Translations under genes and position numbers: made by a program
Notes under the pieces: model-generated
Database searches by the model: none
Seen by the model: the letters and a program-made list of their open reading frames with translations, nothing else
Told to the model about the DNA's origin: nothing
Assembly (NCBI GenBank): GCA_037444445.1
Contig: JBBIMK010000005.1
Span: 30,001 to 62,000, forward strand
Reading direction: 5' to 3'
Origin: a bacterium
GTDB taxonomy: Bacteria > UBP7 > UBA6624 > JBBIMK01
Length of the DNA stretch: 32,000 nt
Shown here: positions 31,797 to 32,000 of the stretch, piece after piece
Position numbering within the stretch: position 1 is the first letter of the stretch
How the letters are laid out: every line of letters starts with the position of its first letter

Positions 31797-32000
31797 GTGA
31801 AATCTTCCTCCCGTTTTCATCTGGCACGCAGACGTGAACCCCGCTTCCCTGTGAGTGTGCCAGCAACCCTCACCACTTTTGCAGAAAACATGGAGCCCCG
31901 CCAGGTTCTCTATGGGGTGACGAAGGATATAAGCCGAGAAGGAACTCTCCTGGCCTTCTCCTCTCCTCCCCCTTTGCAAATTGGTGAATTTGTGAAAGTG
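31797..32000 (+). CDS. PilZ-domain protein, 5' fragment (runs off the window; not in the ORF track)
   Basis: My translation from GTG 31797 (3 nt after the upstream stop), open to nt 32000: VKSSSRFHLARRREPRFPVSVPATLTTFAENMEPRQVLYGVTKDISREGTLLAFSSPPPLQIGEFVKV. It contains both halves of the c-di-GMP-binding PilZ signature, RxxxR (RREPR) and (D/N)xSxxG (DISREG), at the usual spacing. Confidence 0.7.
   Translation, partial: MKSSSRFHLARRREPRFPVSVPATLTTFAENMEPRQVLYGVTKDISREGTLLAFSSPPPLQIGEFVKV

Noticed and set aside
1-32000. Scan for rRNA, tRNA, CRISPR arrays, transposases, integrases, terminal inverted repeats, and toxin-antitoxin or restriction/defence genes
   Set aside because: I found no regularly spaced direct repeats, no cloverleaf-like or rRNA-like conserved segments, and no DDE, tyrosine/serine recombinase or nuclease motifs in any ORF. 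The window looks like core or accessory envelope genes rather than a mobile or defence island. This is limited to recognition by eye.

Overview
This 32-kb window comes from an unidentified bacterium that appears to be diderm, since it encodes the LPS core transferase WaaA and an outer-membrane secretin. Genes are densely packed and use strong GGAGG-type ribosome-binding sites.

Nt 1-7857 is almost all minus strand. It holds the 3' fragment of a C39-like peptidase. Next is an operon of a YtrA-type GntR regulator, an ABC ATPase, two permease-like membrane proteins and an 841-aa beta-propeller lipoprotein. Two crotonase-family enzymes flanking a DUF2892-like mini membrane protein complete this part.

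Nt 7913-32000 is all plus strand, about 24 kb with no strand switch. In order it encodes:
- a prepilin peptidase, followed by a consensus sigma70-type promoter;
- five consecutive prepilin-type genes in FimT/GspH, PilV/GspI, GspG, PilW/GspJ, GspK/PilX-like order, each about 2-4 times larger than canonical pseudopilins (362, 519, 383, 509, 1210 aa);
- a 1026-aa secretin with three AMIN-like modules, a 90-residue spacer that is 70 percent proline, and two glycine-rich loop insertions;
- a PilM-PilN fusion, and a PilO-like gene that overlaps it out of frame by at least 110 nt;
- three tandem mini membrane proteins (75, 70, 49 aa; the last is absent from the ORF track) and a PilP-like protein;
- a translationally coupled string of an orphan NuoN/MrpD-like antiporter subunit, a Wzy_C (O-antigen-ligase-like) protein with a TPR tail, WaaA/KdtA, a DegT/ArnB-like aminotransferase and the start of a PilZ-domain protein (also absent from the ORF track).

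No extension ATPase (PilB/GspE) or platform protein (PilC/GspF) is encoded in the window. I saw no rRNA, tRNA, CRISPR array, transposase or integrase.

The best candidate for an undescribed system is the atypical type IV filament / T2SS-like machine at 7913-25697, with its giant pseudopilins and unassigned accessory genes. All calls are made by eye from motifs and gene context; no database search was possible.
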